DNA of 64,000 nucleotides from Octopus vulgaris (lineage: Eukaryota), in NCBI GenBank assembly GCA_951406725.2, contig OX597837.1, positions 1,736,001 through 1,800,000 on the forward strand, given 5' to 3'. Shown here one piece after another: positions 41,730 to 56,571 of the stretch; position 1 is the stretch's first letter; each line of letters starts with the position of its first letter. The position numbers and the translations under genes were made by a program. Under the pieces are notes generated by a model that was not told the DNA's origin, searched no databases, and saw only the letters and a program-made list of their open reading frames with translations.

Positions 41730-41960
41730 AATATGTTACATTACTCGATAGTCAAGATAAAACTCTGAGTTTCAGATGCCGAAGTGGAAATCCACAACAC
41801 CATCTCTTCGGTTATCTGGCTATTTCCACTTCGGCATCTGAAACTCAGAGTTTTGTCTTGACTATCGAGTAATGTAACATATTATTGTATAGATAAATTT
41901 CCTCTATTTACATAATATTGAGGTCTCTTTCTTTCTTTTGTTATCTTACCGTTTTACCAA
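41722..41960. mobile_element. (TA)n-embedded fold-back element with 70-bp near-perfect arms
   Basis: Arms 41722-41791 / 41822-41891 (one T:G mismatch) with a 30-nt spacer. The right copy extends to 41960. (TA)n lies on both sides. Confidence 0.8.
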
Positions 41961-42639
41961 TATATATATATATATATATATATACCTATATGTAAGTGCT
42001 TACACTCATATACTTCGTGAAAGTATGTGGGAAACAACTTTATGAATGCACGAATTCTAAATATAATGGAAGAAAGTCAATATTTTGCTTTAATTCTTAC
42101 CATTTTAGACAAATGATTCTTTCAACTTCCGAATGAAAATAGTTTTCATTTCATCACATAAACAAACTGAATGTCTACAGCTTTTAAAGACGATTCCGCC
42201 CACAAAACACTTAAGAAACTAGCATATTTTACAGGTAATAGAGATGAAAATAGAACATATTCCATTCTTCAGAATAATACATTTATTCTACAGAAGCAGA
42301 TAATGATCTAGCTGAACAGAAATGAGATGATAAAACTAGTGGCAATAGTATATGTATACAACATGCATTTACCTAATAAGGAATAAATATTATGTTCGAA
42401 CTGATGGCGAGAGAAGCACTTCCGGCCTTTCGTCTTTAGCTGAAGATACATCGCACACAATACTCGTCATACAGACAATCCAGTAGGGAAATAGTCTCTC
42501 TAGCGTAGCAGCGTTACAAAGGAGAGTGCATCCTTACAACAGTGCTTCATCGAAATAGGATAAAATAAAGTGGAAAGATTTGATATCTGCGTCTTAATAG
42601 TCAATTGATCTTTTCTCGTGTTACTAAAAGAGGAATCAC

Positions 42640-42810
42640 TTGTAGCCCTAGGCACTATGTGGAACAGTAAACCCTTTGACAGCCGACATATATTACGGAA
42701 TTATTTTCGAAATATTCAAAAGGAAGGACGAGCAGAAATAGCGGTTCCAGAAACTCGTACAATAGATGGGAAAGTGCAATACAAAGGATATAAAAGACTG
42801 CGTTGATTGA
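42640..42810 (+). pseudogene. Degraded LINE AP-endonuclease N-terminus; the remnant may extend to about 43480
   Basis: LGTMWNSKPF...EIAVPETR...KGY resembles the APE motifs (I/L)GTWNV, DIxxLQETR and GY, with plausible spacing. Confidence 0.45.
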
Positions 42811-43830
42811 TGGATCGGAATTAGTTCTTGCGGTAAAATACGGACACGTGTAAACGCTCAGTTATTTAAAGAGTAAGATTTATAGGTATATACTACATAT
42901 TTGTAGGTGATGCGGCATTCCCCAGAGGTGAATTGAGCCGACTCCGACCAACGCGTTCACGGTCGGAGTTTGTGTGGGATATACAATTTCACAGGTAGTC
43001 CCTAATCACTTGCATACACACTTTGGGATAGTGTAATCCGTTGCAGCTCAACTTGCTGTCGATTGCGGATCATCGCAGAAGATTCGCTGCATAAGTCATC
43101 CGCTGATTATCGGAGCAGACGTAGTCTGAGTTTTAAGTAGGTTCTGGAAGTATGCTGTAACAAAAGCTAAAAGCTGCCTTACAATCAGTGGTCTTCCAGC
43201 TCTCCGGATTCCAAAGCTGAACTTCTGAGGTCTTGTATACGTATATACAAGTCCTAATGACAACTAAACAACGTGGAGCAATCTCAAAACTGTACCCTGG
43301 CAGAGGTACGGGAAGGATAGGAATCCCAGCTGTTACACTGGTGCTATTTGGGGATATCTCAGACAAAGAATTATAAAGGAACTCAGGAGGTTCCTTTATA
43401 ATGGAAAGAACAATTACAAACACAGAAGCGGGAAGGTTGTTAACCTGACAGCACTGCTTCTGTCTGTGTGTCTTGAAACAATACAGCATTATTACTGTCA
43501 TGAGAAACTAATAGTTTCTGTTGATGTTTGTTGTGATGACGATGATGATAATGAAAGAGGAGAAAGGTAGTTGTGATTTTTGTATTGATTATAACGAATA
43601 GGATGATGATGATGATGGTAATTACGATGATTAAGATTCACAGACTTTTACACGGATGTTGGGTGGGCGACCGTGAGAGCCAAAATGTATAGGTAGCACC
43701 TCCTCCCTCCACACAAAATATGTGTGGAGTAGTAGGAGTGGAGGCTAATGATGGGGGAATATAACATTCAAAACAACACAAATGAAAAATAAAACGGGTT
43801 GAAACAAACCTGTAGCAGCATTCTCCATTT

Positions 43831-43909
<79 letters not shown>

Positions 43910-45792
43910 GAATACGGATATATATGATGTAAGTCAACTTGTGACTGACTAAAACCATTCAGTAAGTTCGTTTGAACATTCCACAATTCCAAAAAGTTAT
44001 TGTGTTTAAGTTTGCTTTGAGTGGATCAAGTGTTGTGCAGCGCTGGATTCGCTTTTCAGCGTAATCTAACCTATAAAAACCAGTGGCACAACAGAAGTTG
44101 GGACGACCAGAAAACAACTGCACTTCAGTGTTGTTTTCATACGAGTTTAACTCTTTTTCTAGAAAGAAATTGTATCGAGAACTATTTGTTCACTCACATG
44201 CAAGTTAACCCGTATCTGGGGCCTTAACAGGTGCTTCTGCTCTGGATCTGAGTTGACCTGCGAAGAACAGGGTCGAAGATGTTTTTCCACATTGCTCATA
44301 ACCCTAGATTTCACGTGCCAAGGACCCATTACCGAATGCAATTGTCAGTCATAAGAAGAAGAGGACATCTATGGACCACTGGTAAGGAGTTTGCAAATCC
44401 AGTGTCCAAGACTTAATTTCAGCCTCATGCACCATATAGTTTTGGAGCCAGAGGCTACACACCAACCCGACTTGAACTAAGTATGGCTACACTTGGGTTC
44501 TTCTGAAGAGAATGCTAATTCACACGCTACTAGTAATTTCGATATTTGTAACTAAAAATAATCAAGGCCTTTTTAAAATTTGAAGGATGATGGTTAAAAC
44601 ATGATACTCTCTTTCGCAACATTACTATCAAGGCCGGTCAGAATTTACTCAAAATTAAAAAAGAGAACATACTGAAAGATAATGTGGATAGAATTCTGAA
44701 GAAAGCACTGTGTAATGTTTATGCCTGAGGGAGAGGATGTCCCGCGAGGAAATAGAAGCATTGTTTCTCCTGTATCATAGAAGGGGTGCACTTTGCAGAT
44801 TGGGAGACTGGGATATGTTTAAGACTGCATCGTATCTCTTTAAATGATTGGTTATGAGATCGAACGGGGTGAAAACGCATGTAACGGTGCACACACACGC
44901 GTCTTGAAGCATTGTCACCTTATGACACCGACGAAGAGAATCACAAGGCGTGAGCATGTTGCTCAGTATCTGATGGTAATGTAGTTGGTGGTAATTACTG
45001 AGCTGTTGGCTCAGGTGGAGAAAATTTGGTGAGTGTGCATAGGTATGGATGTACACAAGTAGATATGTACTTTTGAATGTAAGTATAAAACCATATATAA
45101 TTCACTTCGCTTTAATAAAATATATAGATGTGTCTGTGTACTCATACACACACACACATATATATATATATAAATATTCACGCAAATATATATTGATATA
45201 CATATACACACACAATATAAACAATTATACGAATAAATATGAATTGACACAGACGCACATATATAAATACACACACAAATACGTATATTTAGATATATGC
45301 ATATACGTTGAAGTATGTACTTATACACATATGTATATACGTATAAGAATATATTTACGGGTATATATATATGCACTCATACACAGACTTCTAAATACAA
45401 TCACTCACACACACACACACATACCCGTATATATATATATATATGTGTGTATGTGTGTGTGTGTATGTGTGTAAACATAAATCGTATGTATTTGTAAATG
45501 TGAGGGTGTATGGCCTGTATGCTAATGTTTATGTGTGTTTGATCATATCGAAACATTCAATTTCCATATAACCATTTCACAATATCCAATTTGGATATCA
45601 TCCCGATATCAAACAAAACGAAAAAGAAACAGTTCACACCAATAACAACAACAAAACACAACAGTAACCACATGATCGATGATATTGTTGCTGCCTTCTT
45701 ATATACAATATTAAATGTAGCATCGAAGATATATATACTTACTTATCCGTATATATACATACATACATGCACACACACACATTTATATACAC

Positions 45793-45855
<63 letters not shown>

Positions 45856-46013
45856 CATGTCTATACAAGCACTTAGATACATATATACTCACACATACAC
45901 ACAAATATATATGTGTATAGGTAAGTGTGTGTGTACATATATGTTTTTACATATATACATACACCCACTTACCCCTCCACACACATGTGTGTATATCTCT
46001 TTCTCTCTATGTA

Positions 46014-46073
<60 letters not shown>

Positions 46074-46203
46074 TACGTATGCATATATATGTAATTACAT
46101 ATATATATGTACACATATAAACACACTGATATATATCTGCGCATAGATGTATGTGTGTATATATATACATCTGCACATACGTACACACACACACACATGC
46201 GCG

Positions 46204-46266
<63 letters not shown>

Positions 46267-46896
46267 GTAGATAGACGTACACATACTGACATATATATTC
46301 ATACACACACACACATTGTACGTACGTATGTATGTAGCCAATGCAAGATGCGAAAAGTGATTGATATAGATAGACAGATAGATGTATCGAACATATTATT
46401 GCAAACAGAGACATCATATTTATTCTAGAAATATCCAGATACTCGTGTGTTGGTGTGAATATATATATATATATACGTATATATATATATCTAGGCGCAC
46501 ACACTCGCGTATCAATTAAATATTTCATCTAGTGCTATCGTTTATAACAATACTAGTTGTTATATATTTCCAGTCGCAATGATAATAGCAATATATCAAG
46601 TTGTATATCAATATGAGAGATATTGTTCATGCTTTTCCATTGGTCAACGATACAATTCTACGTCGTTTGGCTTCTGGCTATCTTTATTTATGTTCATTTC
46701 GTGTATGTGTAGCTGTCTGTATATCGAGCTCCGTCATGCATATACATAGACAGTAGTACTTATACATGTACACACACCCACACATATATACGCATATATG
46801 AATAGACATAAACACACATCTGTACACAAGCACGCATATAAAGATATATATTTACGAGAGAGGAGAGAGAGAGAAAGAGATGGAGAGAGAGAGAGA

Positions 46897-46936
<40 letters not shown>

Positions 46937-47318
46937 ATGTAGGTGGATATTATCATCACCAACGAAGGCGAGAACTTCTATATGGTTTCTCGACCAGCTA
47001 GAAATGGACGCTAGATTTTACTAAATTAATACCTTATAATTTTAAAACGGAGGATCAGTGTGAACCGATGTTAAAACCAATGACCAAGTTATTATGGCTG
47101 GGAAGTGTCTTTCAGATATCTCTGTGGGAAAGCGTTCACTTGAGAGATTAAGAAAAATCACCATCATCATCACGATCGTCAGCATCACTGTCATCATCAT
47201 CACAATCTTCATCATCATCTTCATCATCGAACAATATGAAAATATGCCACGCATTTCAATTTATTTACATTTTGCTTAATATATTCTTAATTCATATATA
47301 TGTATATATCTATATATA

Positions 47319-47373
<55 letters not shown>

Positions 47374-47527
47374 AGAGAGAGAAGGGGAGAAGAGCTGTAT
47401 ATATACATTCATACATATGTGTCCATTATATATAAATATATACATATATACACACAGACACACATATATATTTATTTTAAATGCGAACACATACCTATTT
47501 CTTCACACGTAGATAGACAGGTAGGTT

Positions 47528-47573
<46 letters not shown>

Positions 47574-47590
47574 CAGATAGACAGATAGAC

Positions 47591-47653
<63 letters not shown>

Positions 47654-47686
47654 CAGGTAAGTAGGTAGACAGACAGAGAGATAGAT

Positions 47687-47810
47687 ATGTTTCGTTATTA
47701 GCCACAGAAGGTTGAACACAGAGGAGACAAATTACAAAGTAGAGCTTTTCTTTTGGGGGAGAAAAAATAGGTTGCGGGGTAGGTTTCGATCAAAAGGGTT
47801 GGAAAAAAAA
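47687..47810 (-). mobile_element. 3' UTR fragment of the Tx1-like element, inserted in (GATA)n
   Basis: Homologous to 55303-55410 (ttattagccaca...tgaacacaga...tacaaag.agagcttttcttttggg). GATA arrays flank both sides. Confidence 0.8.
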
Positions 47811-47888
47811 GATAGATAAATAGATAGATAGAGAGAGAGAGAGAGAGGTAGATAGACACACAGACAAGACAGACAGAAAGATAGACAT

Positions 47889-48016
<128 letters not shown>

Positions 48017-48528
48017 GTAGGTAGATAGATAGTTAGATCTGTGTGGATGTATGTACGTGGTTACGCATAGTAAGTAGACTCAAACGTGAAACAACATAAC
48101 GAATGCATTCAGGTAATAAAATAGAAGTGTATATGAGATGACATCCACACATTCAGGTCTCAAAGATTCAGGTGTTACACAGTCATCAGTAGAGAACGGG
48201 GAAGCGCTGTAATAACTTTAGATATCTAACATATAATAACAACGTGTTATGTGTTTTTTATGAACTAAAGGGAATCGCTAGAGAAAAAATGGAACGAGGA
48301 AAATATAGAAATAAATGTATTATCTAGATCCTGACAACCCACCTCGCAGATTAACTACAAATTGATTAACATTATATAGTGCTCAACTTCTCTGAGAAAG
48401 GGGTAAATATTAAATTATATCTTGCGGTATACATAATGCTGTATTATATTGATATAGTGATATCAATGTCACAGACGGGTTCGATATGTTGCGAGTGATC
48501 CAATTAAAATGTGTACAGGTATTCACAA

Positions 48529-48565
<37 letters not shown>

Positions 48566-49151
48566 CACATATATATATGTACGTACATACCTACATATGT
48601 ATATACACACCTATATACATATATAAACATACATGTACATATATACACAAAGATATTTATACACACACATATATATATATATATGTATGTATACGTAGAT
48701 ATATACCTACCTAAATATATACAAATACATGTACATATATAAATACTCATATATATATGTATGTATGTATGTATAACAGCCATTCATGCATATACACATT
48801 TAGATATATACAGGATACGCACACGTAAATATACGTATAGCACAAGGGGATATGCATATAGAGAGGGAGCGATGAGGTGAAGAAGGAGAAGAATGCGGAG
48901 AGGGAGAAGATGGGGAGGAGAAGAGAAAATGAAAAACGTAAATTACAAGAAGCCTAAAGGGATTCCAAATATGAAGGATTATGGTTAAAGGGATGAGATA
49001 ATGTGATGGAGAAAGGGAGATGTTTGGATGTACAATGAGATGGTATGGGGGGTATTGAGAAACGTGAGGTAGAGAGAGAGAGTAAGGGTGATGGACAGAC
49101 AGGAGGTGCGTGTGCGCGCGCGTGTGATATAGAGATAGAAAAAGAATTATT

Positions 49152-49185
<34 letters not shown>

Positions 49186-49305
49186 CTAAGAAAAGAACTG
49201 TATGCTTGAAATAGATACAGAACTATACGCAGAGAAAGAGAGGGAATCCTCTACCGAAAGAGAGCGACGAAAGAAGCGAGTGTACGAGTGAGATAAGGAA
49301 ATATA

Positions 49306-49340
<35 letters not shown>

Positions 49341-49668
49341 ACGTGATATATGCCAAGGCACACGAGTTTGTACGCATGCGTGTGTGTGTGAATGAGATCC
49401 ATCGAGATATCATCTCGTATATAAATCAAGCTAACACCGATCGCCATGACATAATAAATGGTATCAGCGAATTAATGGTCTCTCCTTCCGATTACAAAGC
49501 TATATCATATCCCAAATAGCCGATAACTCATGACTGATATCACTCGTACACGATAATATCACACAGTCAGCTGATACGAGAACATAACACGGACGATGTC
49601 ACTTCGCTAGGATATCGTGTCGTCGTTGTGAGTGCTGAGTTAGTGATACGATTTTATGGCCTGGCATG

Positions 49669-50159
49669 AAAGCGGTGAATTGGCAGATACGTTAGACTGT
49701 TCAGTAAAATACCGAGTATGAATTCATTCCGAGACTTCAGGCTCCGAGTTCAAATCCCACCGAGGTCAACTTCATATTTTATCCTTTCGCGGTCGTTTAA
49801 AAATGTACCAATCCAAGATCTTTGACGGTTGAACATGAAGGCTCGCGATATCTCCCCAGTCCAATGTATCTTGGTATCAAGCTGTATTGGCCGAAGTCGG
49901 TGACCTTTTCCTTGAATGAACTTTGGTCACATGAAGATGGGAGACTTACACGTATATAATAATAGTAAAGGAATATATATATATATTCCTTTATTCTTTT
50001 ACTTGTTTCAATCATTTGACCCTGGCCATGCTGGAGCACGGCATTGAAGAATGTTTTAGTCGGACAATTCGACCCTGGGATTTATTTTTTAAGCCTAGTA
50101 CTTGTTCCATGAGTCTCATTTGCTGAACAGCAAGATTAGGGTCACGTTTGTGTCTGTGT

Positions 50160-50203
<44 letters not shown>

Positions 50204-50800
50204 ATCAATGCTTGACAGCCGATGTTGATGTGTTTGCGTCTTCATGCAATTCTATAGTCATCCATGACCGAAGGAGATCTTTATTTTAAATATGTATATA
50301 TAGATCAGACAAATATATGTTTTAATATACAGCTGGTCACAATGCGCTTCTAAGTGTTATTGTAGTTCCTTTCGATTGATGCCACCCTGCTGGTGAGGCA
50401 GGCGGGCAGCATTGCCTCCTGGGCGGGACATATGACCATCACAGAGTGCTCAGTTACAGTTGAGTGGATTGGAGTGTCGGGAAATGAAGTGTTTTGCTCA
50501 GGGAATGCAACTCCCCGCCGCTTTAGGGACCGAAACTATGATCTTGTGATCATGAGTGCAACACCCTCATCGCTGGGCCTCTATCCTTCACATATGCGTG
50601 CGATTTAGCCCCCATTTTCCACCCCGCTTGTCAATTGACATGTTTAGACACTGGTAACATCAGCTGTTGGGTAAATAGGGCAAACATTAAAATAGAATCA
50701 TGACCGAAAAGTCAAAGGGGTTATATGTTCGATTAATACCCTCCAAGACGATGCTCCAGGCTGGTTGCAGTCTAATGATAAAAACAAGTTATAGAATAAA
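49669..50800. mobile_element. Nested SINE cluster: A (+, 49669-49810), C 3' pieces (+, 49860-49950 and 50245-50280), B with internal inversion (49990-50243), another tRNA-SINE (-, 50335-50580), B 3' part (+, 50605-50800)
   Basis: Piecewise matches to the family A, B and C copies elsewhere in the window. Confidence 0.65.
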
Positions 50801-51005
50801 TTCAATGAGACAACAGGGAATTGATTGTCGCAGTCTAGTGTAAACGCAATTAAGGAAATCGAAGTAATCAAGACGATAGGCCGTAATAGTATTATTTATT
50901 TAAAGCTGGGTCTGTAATATTTCGGAAGCCAAGTTTTCACGTTTCCGATCCTCAGGCGACGCATTAAGAACTTCTAGAAATTCATGTGAGTGTATATGTA
51001 TATAT

Positions 51006-51058
<53 letters not shown>

Positions 51059-51083
51059 ATGTATATATGTATGTATATAGATA

Positions 51084-51119
<36 letters not shown>

Positions 51120-51157
51120 TGTATGTATATATATATATATATATATATATACATACA

Positions 51158-51193
<36 letters not shown>

Positions 51194-51209
51194 TCTATAT
51201 ACATACATA

Positions 51210-51283
<74 letters not shown>

Positions 51284-51413
51284 TATACACACACGTACGT
51301 ACATGCATTTACATACATCTTTTAAAACTGTTAAGTGCCTACTGAGAATAAATTAGCGGGAAACTATTGATCAGTATTTATAAATGTATGAGAAGCTATT
51401 AAATAACCACGTA

Positions 51414-51454
<41 letters not shown>

Positions 51455-51497
51455 TGTACGTATGTATATATACATGTATGTATGTATGTATATATAC

Positions 51498-51532
<35 letters not shown>

Positions 51533-51792
51533 TGTATGTATATATACATATATATGTATGTATGTATGTATATATATATATATATATATGTATATGTATA
51601 TATATGTACGTATATATATACATGTAAGTATGTATGTATGTATATATATATATATATATATGTAAGTATGTATGTATATATATACATATATATATGTAAG
51701 CATGTGTATGTACATATATATATATATGTAAGTATGTATATGTATATATATATATATATATATGTATGTATATGTATATATATATATGTATG

Positions 51793-51857
<65 letters not shown>

Positions 51858-52110
51858 CAAAAAAGATATAAAAATAGATATAAATAGATATAAAAATATA
51901 TACAACCCTATCATGAAGATGAAAATGGACGGATACACACGCTTATGTATTATTTATGTATGTATATATGTATGTATGCACGTATGCATGCATGAATGTG
52001 AGAATAAATCTATTACTTTGCATTTAATTATGTCTTCGTGTTTGGCAGCAGAAAGAAATATTAGAACGGTATGACAGGAATTCACTCCGATTGAATCGAA
52101 AATGATTTCG

Positions 52111-52155
<45 letters not shown>

Positions 52156-52692
52156 CATTAGGACTGTGTTGTTATCTTGTGTAATGAATTTCCCGTGTAT
52201 CTGCTAATTAACGGGTTCTACTAAGTTCAAGTTATGAAGAGCCGGTCTGGTAGAAAGAAGCTAGTGCTCCGGCAATGTGGTAGAAAGCAGTTAATGAGAC
52301 AAAGGGTTGCAGAAATACAGAAATAAATTTGTCAGATTTAAGTAAGATAGCAAGAGAAAAGAGAAAGAGAGACGGTGGGAGGTAAGGTGAAATTCGGGGG
52401 GCAGGAGATGGGCCAAATGAAAGGAGGGAAAAAATACTAGATTTTTATCTGGAGACAAGAACTAAAGGAAAGAGACGGGGAGCGAGGCGGGGTTAAATGA
52501 CCGTTTATAGAAAGTGTGAATAAATGTGCATTGTGTGGGTGGGGAGTGGGGGGAGCGATAGAAAGATGTGCGCTGCACAAAAATTATTATTCACGAAAGA
52601 TACTCTTAATCACTCTTGCTACAAATAAATGTGTTAAATACGTGCACTGAGAAACAGTCATTCATCTACAACTACACACCTACACACACACT

Positions 52693-52731
<39 letters not shown>

Positions 52732-52849
52732 AATGTATATATGTATATATATATATATGTATATATATATTTGTATATATATATATATATATGTGTGTGT
52801 ATATATTTATATATATATGTATATATATGTATATATATGTATGTATATA

Positions 52850-52885
<36 letters not shown>

Positions 52886-53699
52886 TATCACATATATACA
52901 TTCTTGCGTGCACACACACACACACATATTTATGCCTTGTGCAAAAGTGCACACGCATAATCACTGTTACATATAATTATATGAAATAAAATTATATTAC
53001 AATAATGTATACCTATATAAATTTCGTGTGTATAGACATAAACATACAAAATATAAAAAATTCTGCTATGAAATTATAAAGATAAAGTATAAATTCTAGA
53101 TTTATAGGTGCTTAGAAACCTGAAAACCAATATAATGGGGATTATCAAAACCGAAACGATGTAGGTCTTCCCATATATGCACGCACACACTCACTCATAC
53201 GTTGTTAATCATATACAGATTCACAGGTGTAGGAACAAGCAAACATGATACAAATACATACACACACGTAAAGTATGTGTGTTTATGTGCGCGCTAGCTA
53301 CCATAGTTTCACACAAAAGTTAGTATGATCTAGTGACTTATATCAATCGTTGATAGTTACTTTTGGTGCCCAGCGAGAAAAACCGCTATGTGAAAATGCT
53401 TACCATCATGTCGTTCTGAAAATATTGAGATGATCTGGACATAGGAGGACCAATTGTAGGTAGATTTGACAAGTACGTGCTGATTTTCTTGTGAAGGTTC
53501 TTAATTGTTAAGAGAAAATTATTGGGAATTTCTGAAAGTTTGACTGATGCAACTGTCTGAATTCAGTAAAATGTCGGGAAAGATAAGCGCATTTAGTTTT
53601 GTGTATAATTTAACTCTTTATAATTGTGAGATTGATAAATAACTGTTTGAGTTTTGTGCAATTCGAAACATTTATATCGATATATGAAACATCGTAAAA

Positions 53700-54026
53700 G
53701 AGTCCCTTCGGTCATGAATGACCATGGCATTGTACCTAGAAAGTTACCCTCAGAGGCAAAAGTCCGGGCAAGTTTGTTTATAGAAGACCAGCAGTTGTCC
53801 ATGTATTTCTGCTTCCCCTCTCCACGCCACCTGTGTTATCCAAGGAAAAGGCAAAGGCCGATACAGCTTGGCACCAGCCACATGGCAACTCATTTCTACA
53901 GCTGAGTGAACTGGATCAACGTGAAATAAAGTGTTTTTCTCAAGAACACAACACACAGCCTGATCCAGGAATCGAACTCACTACCTCGTGAATGTGAGCC
54001 TGACGCTCTATCCACTGAGCCATCGC
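53700..54026 (-). mobile_element. SINE family C, full length
   Basis: Minus head gcgatggctcagtggatagagcgtcaggctcac...gagttcgattcc; 3' end ccatggtcattcatgaccgaaggg. Confidence 0.85.
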
Positions 54027-54346
54027 TCATACATTGTATAACGCCTAATATTGTTTGTAATGGGAAGAGTGAAGAAAGGCCTAAACAATCACACAGTTCA
54101 CCTGAATCTGTGGGATCCGTTGACACGATGGAAAGCTGCACGGTGGTTCTTCTTATAATCCGTAAAACTGCAGGAAAGGAAAATAAATATCTCCTTAAAC
54201 AAGTTACAATCTTGACTTTCTATGCGATTATTGAAGCGAATATTTTTTAAAGGAAGATAACTGGATTTCCATCTGAAGATTTTAACTGAGAGCTAGAATT
54301 CTACGATGTCAATTCGCCTGAATTGATATAATGTGAGAGAGGGAAG

Positions 54347-54385
<39 letters not shown>

Positions 54386-54889
54386 AGAGAGAATGAGAGG
54401 GGACAGTGTGCGTGTGTGTGTGTGCATGCGTTCTTACTAGTTTTGCAGGATTCTGGATGTGAAATGGCATGCTGAAACAGATGTTTTATCACGGGAGAGG
54501 ATTTCCTTGCAATAATCGCCTACTCTACTTATATTTCATTTCGTTTCAGTATTGTCAGTCTATTAGTTAACCAACAGAGCAATTAATTAATCGATTCTTT
54601 GGTCGTTCTTACAACGGGACTGACCTGGAGTAACGTGGGAATACGACGAATTGAGAAGTAAGGACCACCAAACCAAACAATTGTCTCGTTCAACGAACGG
54701 TTAATTAACTAACTAATTAATTAGCTAACTTAGTAATAATAAAGCAGTAAATGAAAAGCTACGCGAACGTTTCTGAGTAGAACACTACAAAGATAACATT
54801 GTGAGTGTGTGTGTGTGTGTATGTGTGTGTGTGTGTATGTGTGTGTGTGTGTTTGTGTGTGTGTGCATGTGTGTGTGCATGTATGAGTG

Positions 54890-55046
54890 CGCGCCGGTGT
54901 GGTAAGAAGCTTGCTTCTCAACCACATGGTTCTGCATTCAGTCCCACTGCGTGACACTTTGGGCAAATGTCTTTTGCTGCAGCCGCGGATTGAGCACAGG
55001 GTCATGTTTTGGGGAAGCAAGCTTCCCATTACACAGCCACGCCTGC
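54890..55046. mobile_element. Two SINE B heads in inverted (fold-back) arrangement
   Basis: gtgtggtaagaagcttgcttctcaaccacatg on + and catgttttggggaagcaagcttcccattacacagccacgcc on -. Confidence 0.75.
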
Positions 55047-55049
55047 ACC

Positions 55050-55302
<253 letters not shown>

Positions 55303-55890
55303 CTGTTTCTTTATTAGCCACACAGGGCTGAACACAGACGGGACAAAATACAAAGCAGAGCTTTTCTTTTTGGGAAGGAAAAAAAGCGGGTGTAGAATTC
55401 TGGTCAAAAGAGATCGTGTAAAGAAAAAGAAAAAAAACCAAGCCGATCAATAGGGATCGTGTATCACAGAAATGTCATAATATAAAAGGTTTATTTGTGG
55501 AAGGAAAAGCCTACGGAAAAGACCACGATAACCTCGGGCAATAACGTCATGCAAAAAGCACATTACAGTGAGTGACTCTCTTTTTTCCCTTCTTTTTCCG
55601 GTTTCATAGGATTATGCTCAAGGTGGTTCCGTCATTCAAACGTGCCATCCTTGCTACATTCACCCATCTTTTTTTGAAACATTCACTAGACAAAACTTCC
55701 CTCTATACCCTCACCTTCCTCTTCAAGTGATACTTGAAGAAGTTGATGAGAGATTCACCAGGGAGGAAAGTGTTTGTCTCTTGACATTTCAGACGCGTCC
55801 ACCATACACATTCTTTCGCCATAGACGCAAATACGATGAAAATGGCCCTTCCTTCCCGTTTCAAGGAAGGAGACGTGACAACATTCACGA
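55303..55890 (-). mobile_element. 5'-truncated Tx1/L1-clade non-LTR retrotransposon inserted in (GATA)n
   Basis: Minus frame ...IFIVFASMAKECVWWTRLK...LINFFKYHLKRKVRV*REVLSSECFKKRWVNVARMARLNDGTTLSIIL* (premature stop 55703-55705, true stop 55604-55606) resembles the Tx1 ORF2 C-terminus (AK..IW..R, F..RW). About 300 bp of 3' UTR ends in AATAAA. GATA repeats lie at both junctions. Confidence 0.75.
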
Positions 55891-56437
55891 TAGATAGATA
55901 GATCATACAAACATATACTCTGAAAGTTTGGCTACCTTGCTTTTAACAGTGAGATTCTCACAGAAGTCCATGATAACGTGTGAAGCCTTCGTCAGCGGAA
56001 TTTTGTGAGACAATAGTAACAGTGTTTTGTGGTTAATTCATAGCATAGCATGATCAACACGTGATGTATGTGAAATGTAGAAATATGCCGGCGTTAATTT
56101 ACACGATTGCTCAAATTAATCAAAATCGACATTAAGAATTAGATTGTTTAATTACTTTATGGAAACGAGATGCCGTGGCAATTATAAGAATGTCTTGTAA
56201 TTATAGCGGATGTAGGTTTTTAGTACAACGAGATTAGCGACAGACCTCAAAGAAAATGAAAAATAATTCAGATTTAAAGCAAGAAAGCATTCCAAGTTTA
56301 TATTCACTGAAACACACAGACAGAGGTAATATATATTCACACGTACGTGGAAATTTGTTATATGTACGAATAAATGTACAACATTAAACGTGCATTGCGT
56401 GTGTAGAGGAAGAGAGAGACAGCCAGCAAGAAACAGA

Positions 56438-56502
<65 letters not shown>

Positions 56503-56503
56503 G

Positions 56504-56549
<46 letters not shown>

Positions 56550-56571
56550 TGTATGTATGAATGTATGTATA

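Noticed and set aside
42109-42234. Apparent exon bounded by ttttag and gtaata
   Set aside because: Stops occur in all three frames.
44231-44354. Cys-rich phase-2 frame (CFCSGSELTCEEQGRRCF...) frame-compatible with the FAS1 exon
   Set aside because: Weak acceptor without a polypyrimidine tract, no FAS1 similarity and an early stop.
50935-50960. CTGAGGA-tcg-GAAA on the minus strand
   Set aside because: No stem II and no cleavage triplet or stem I; a chance match.
53116-53168. ctgaaaa...gaaacgatgtagg hammerhead-like remnant
   Set aside because: Core and stems are too degenerate to support a call.
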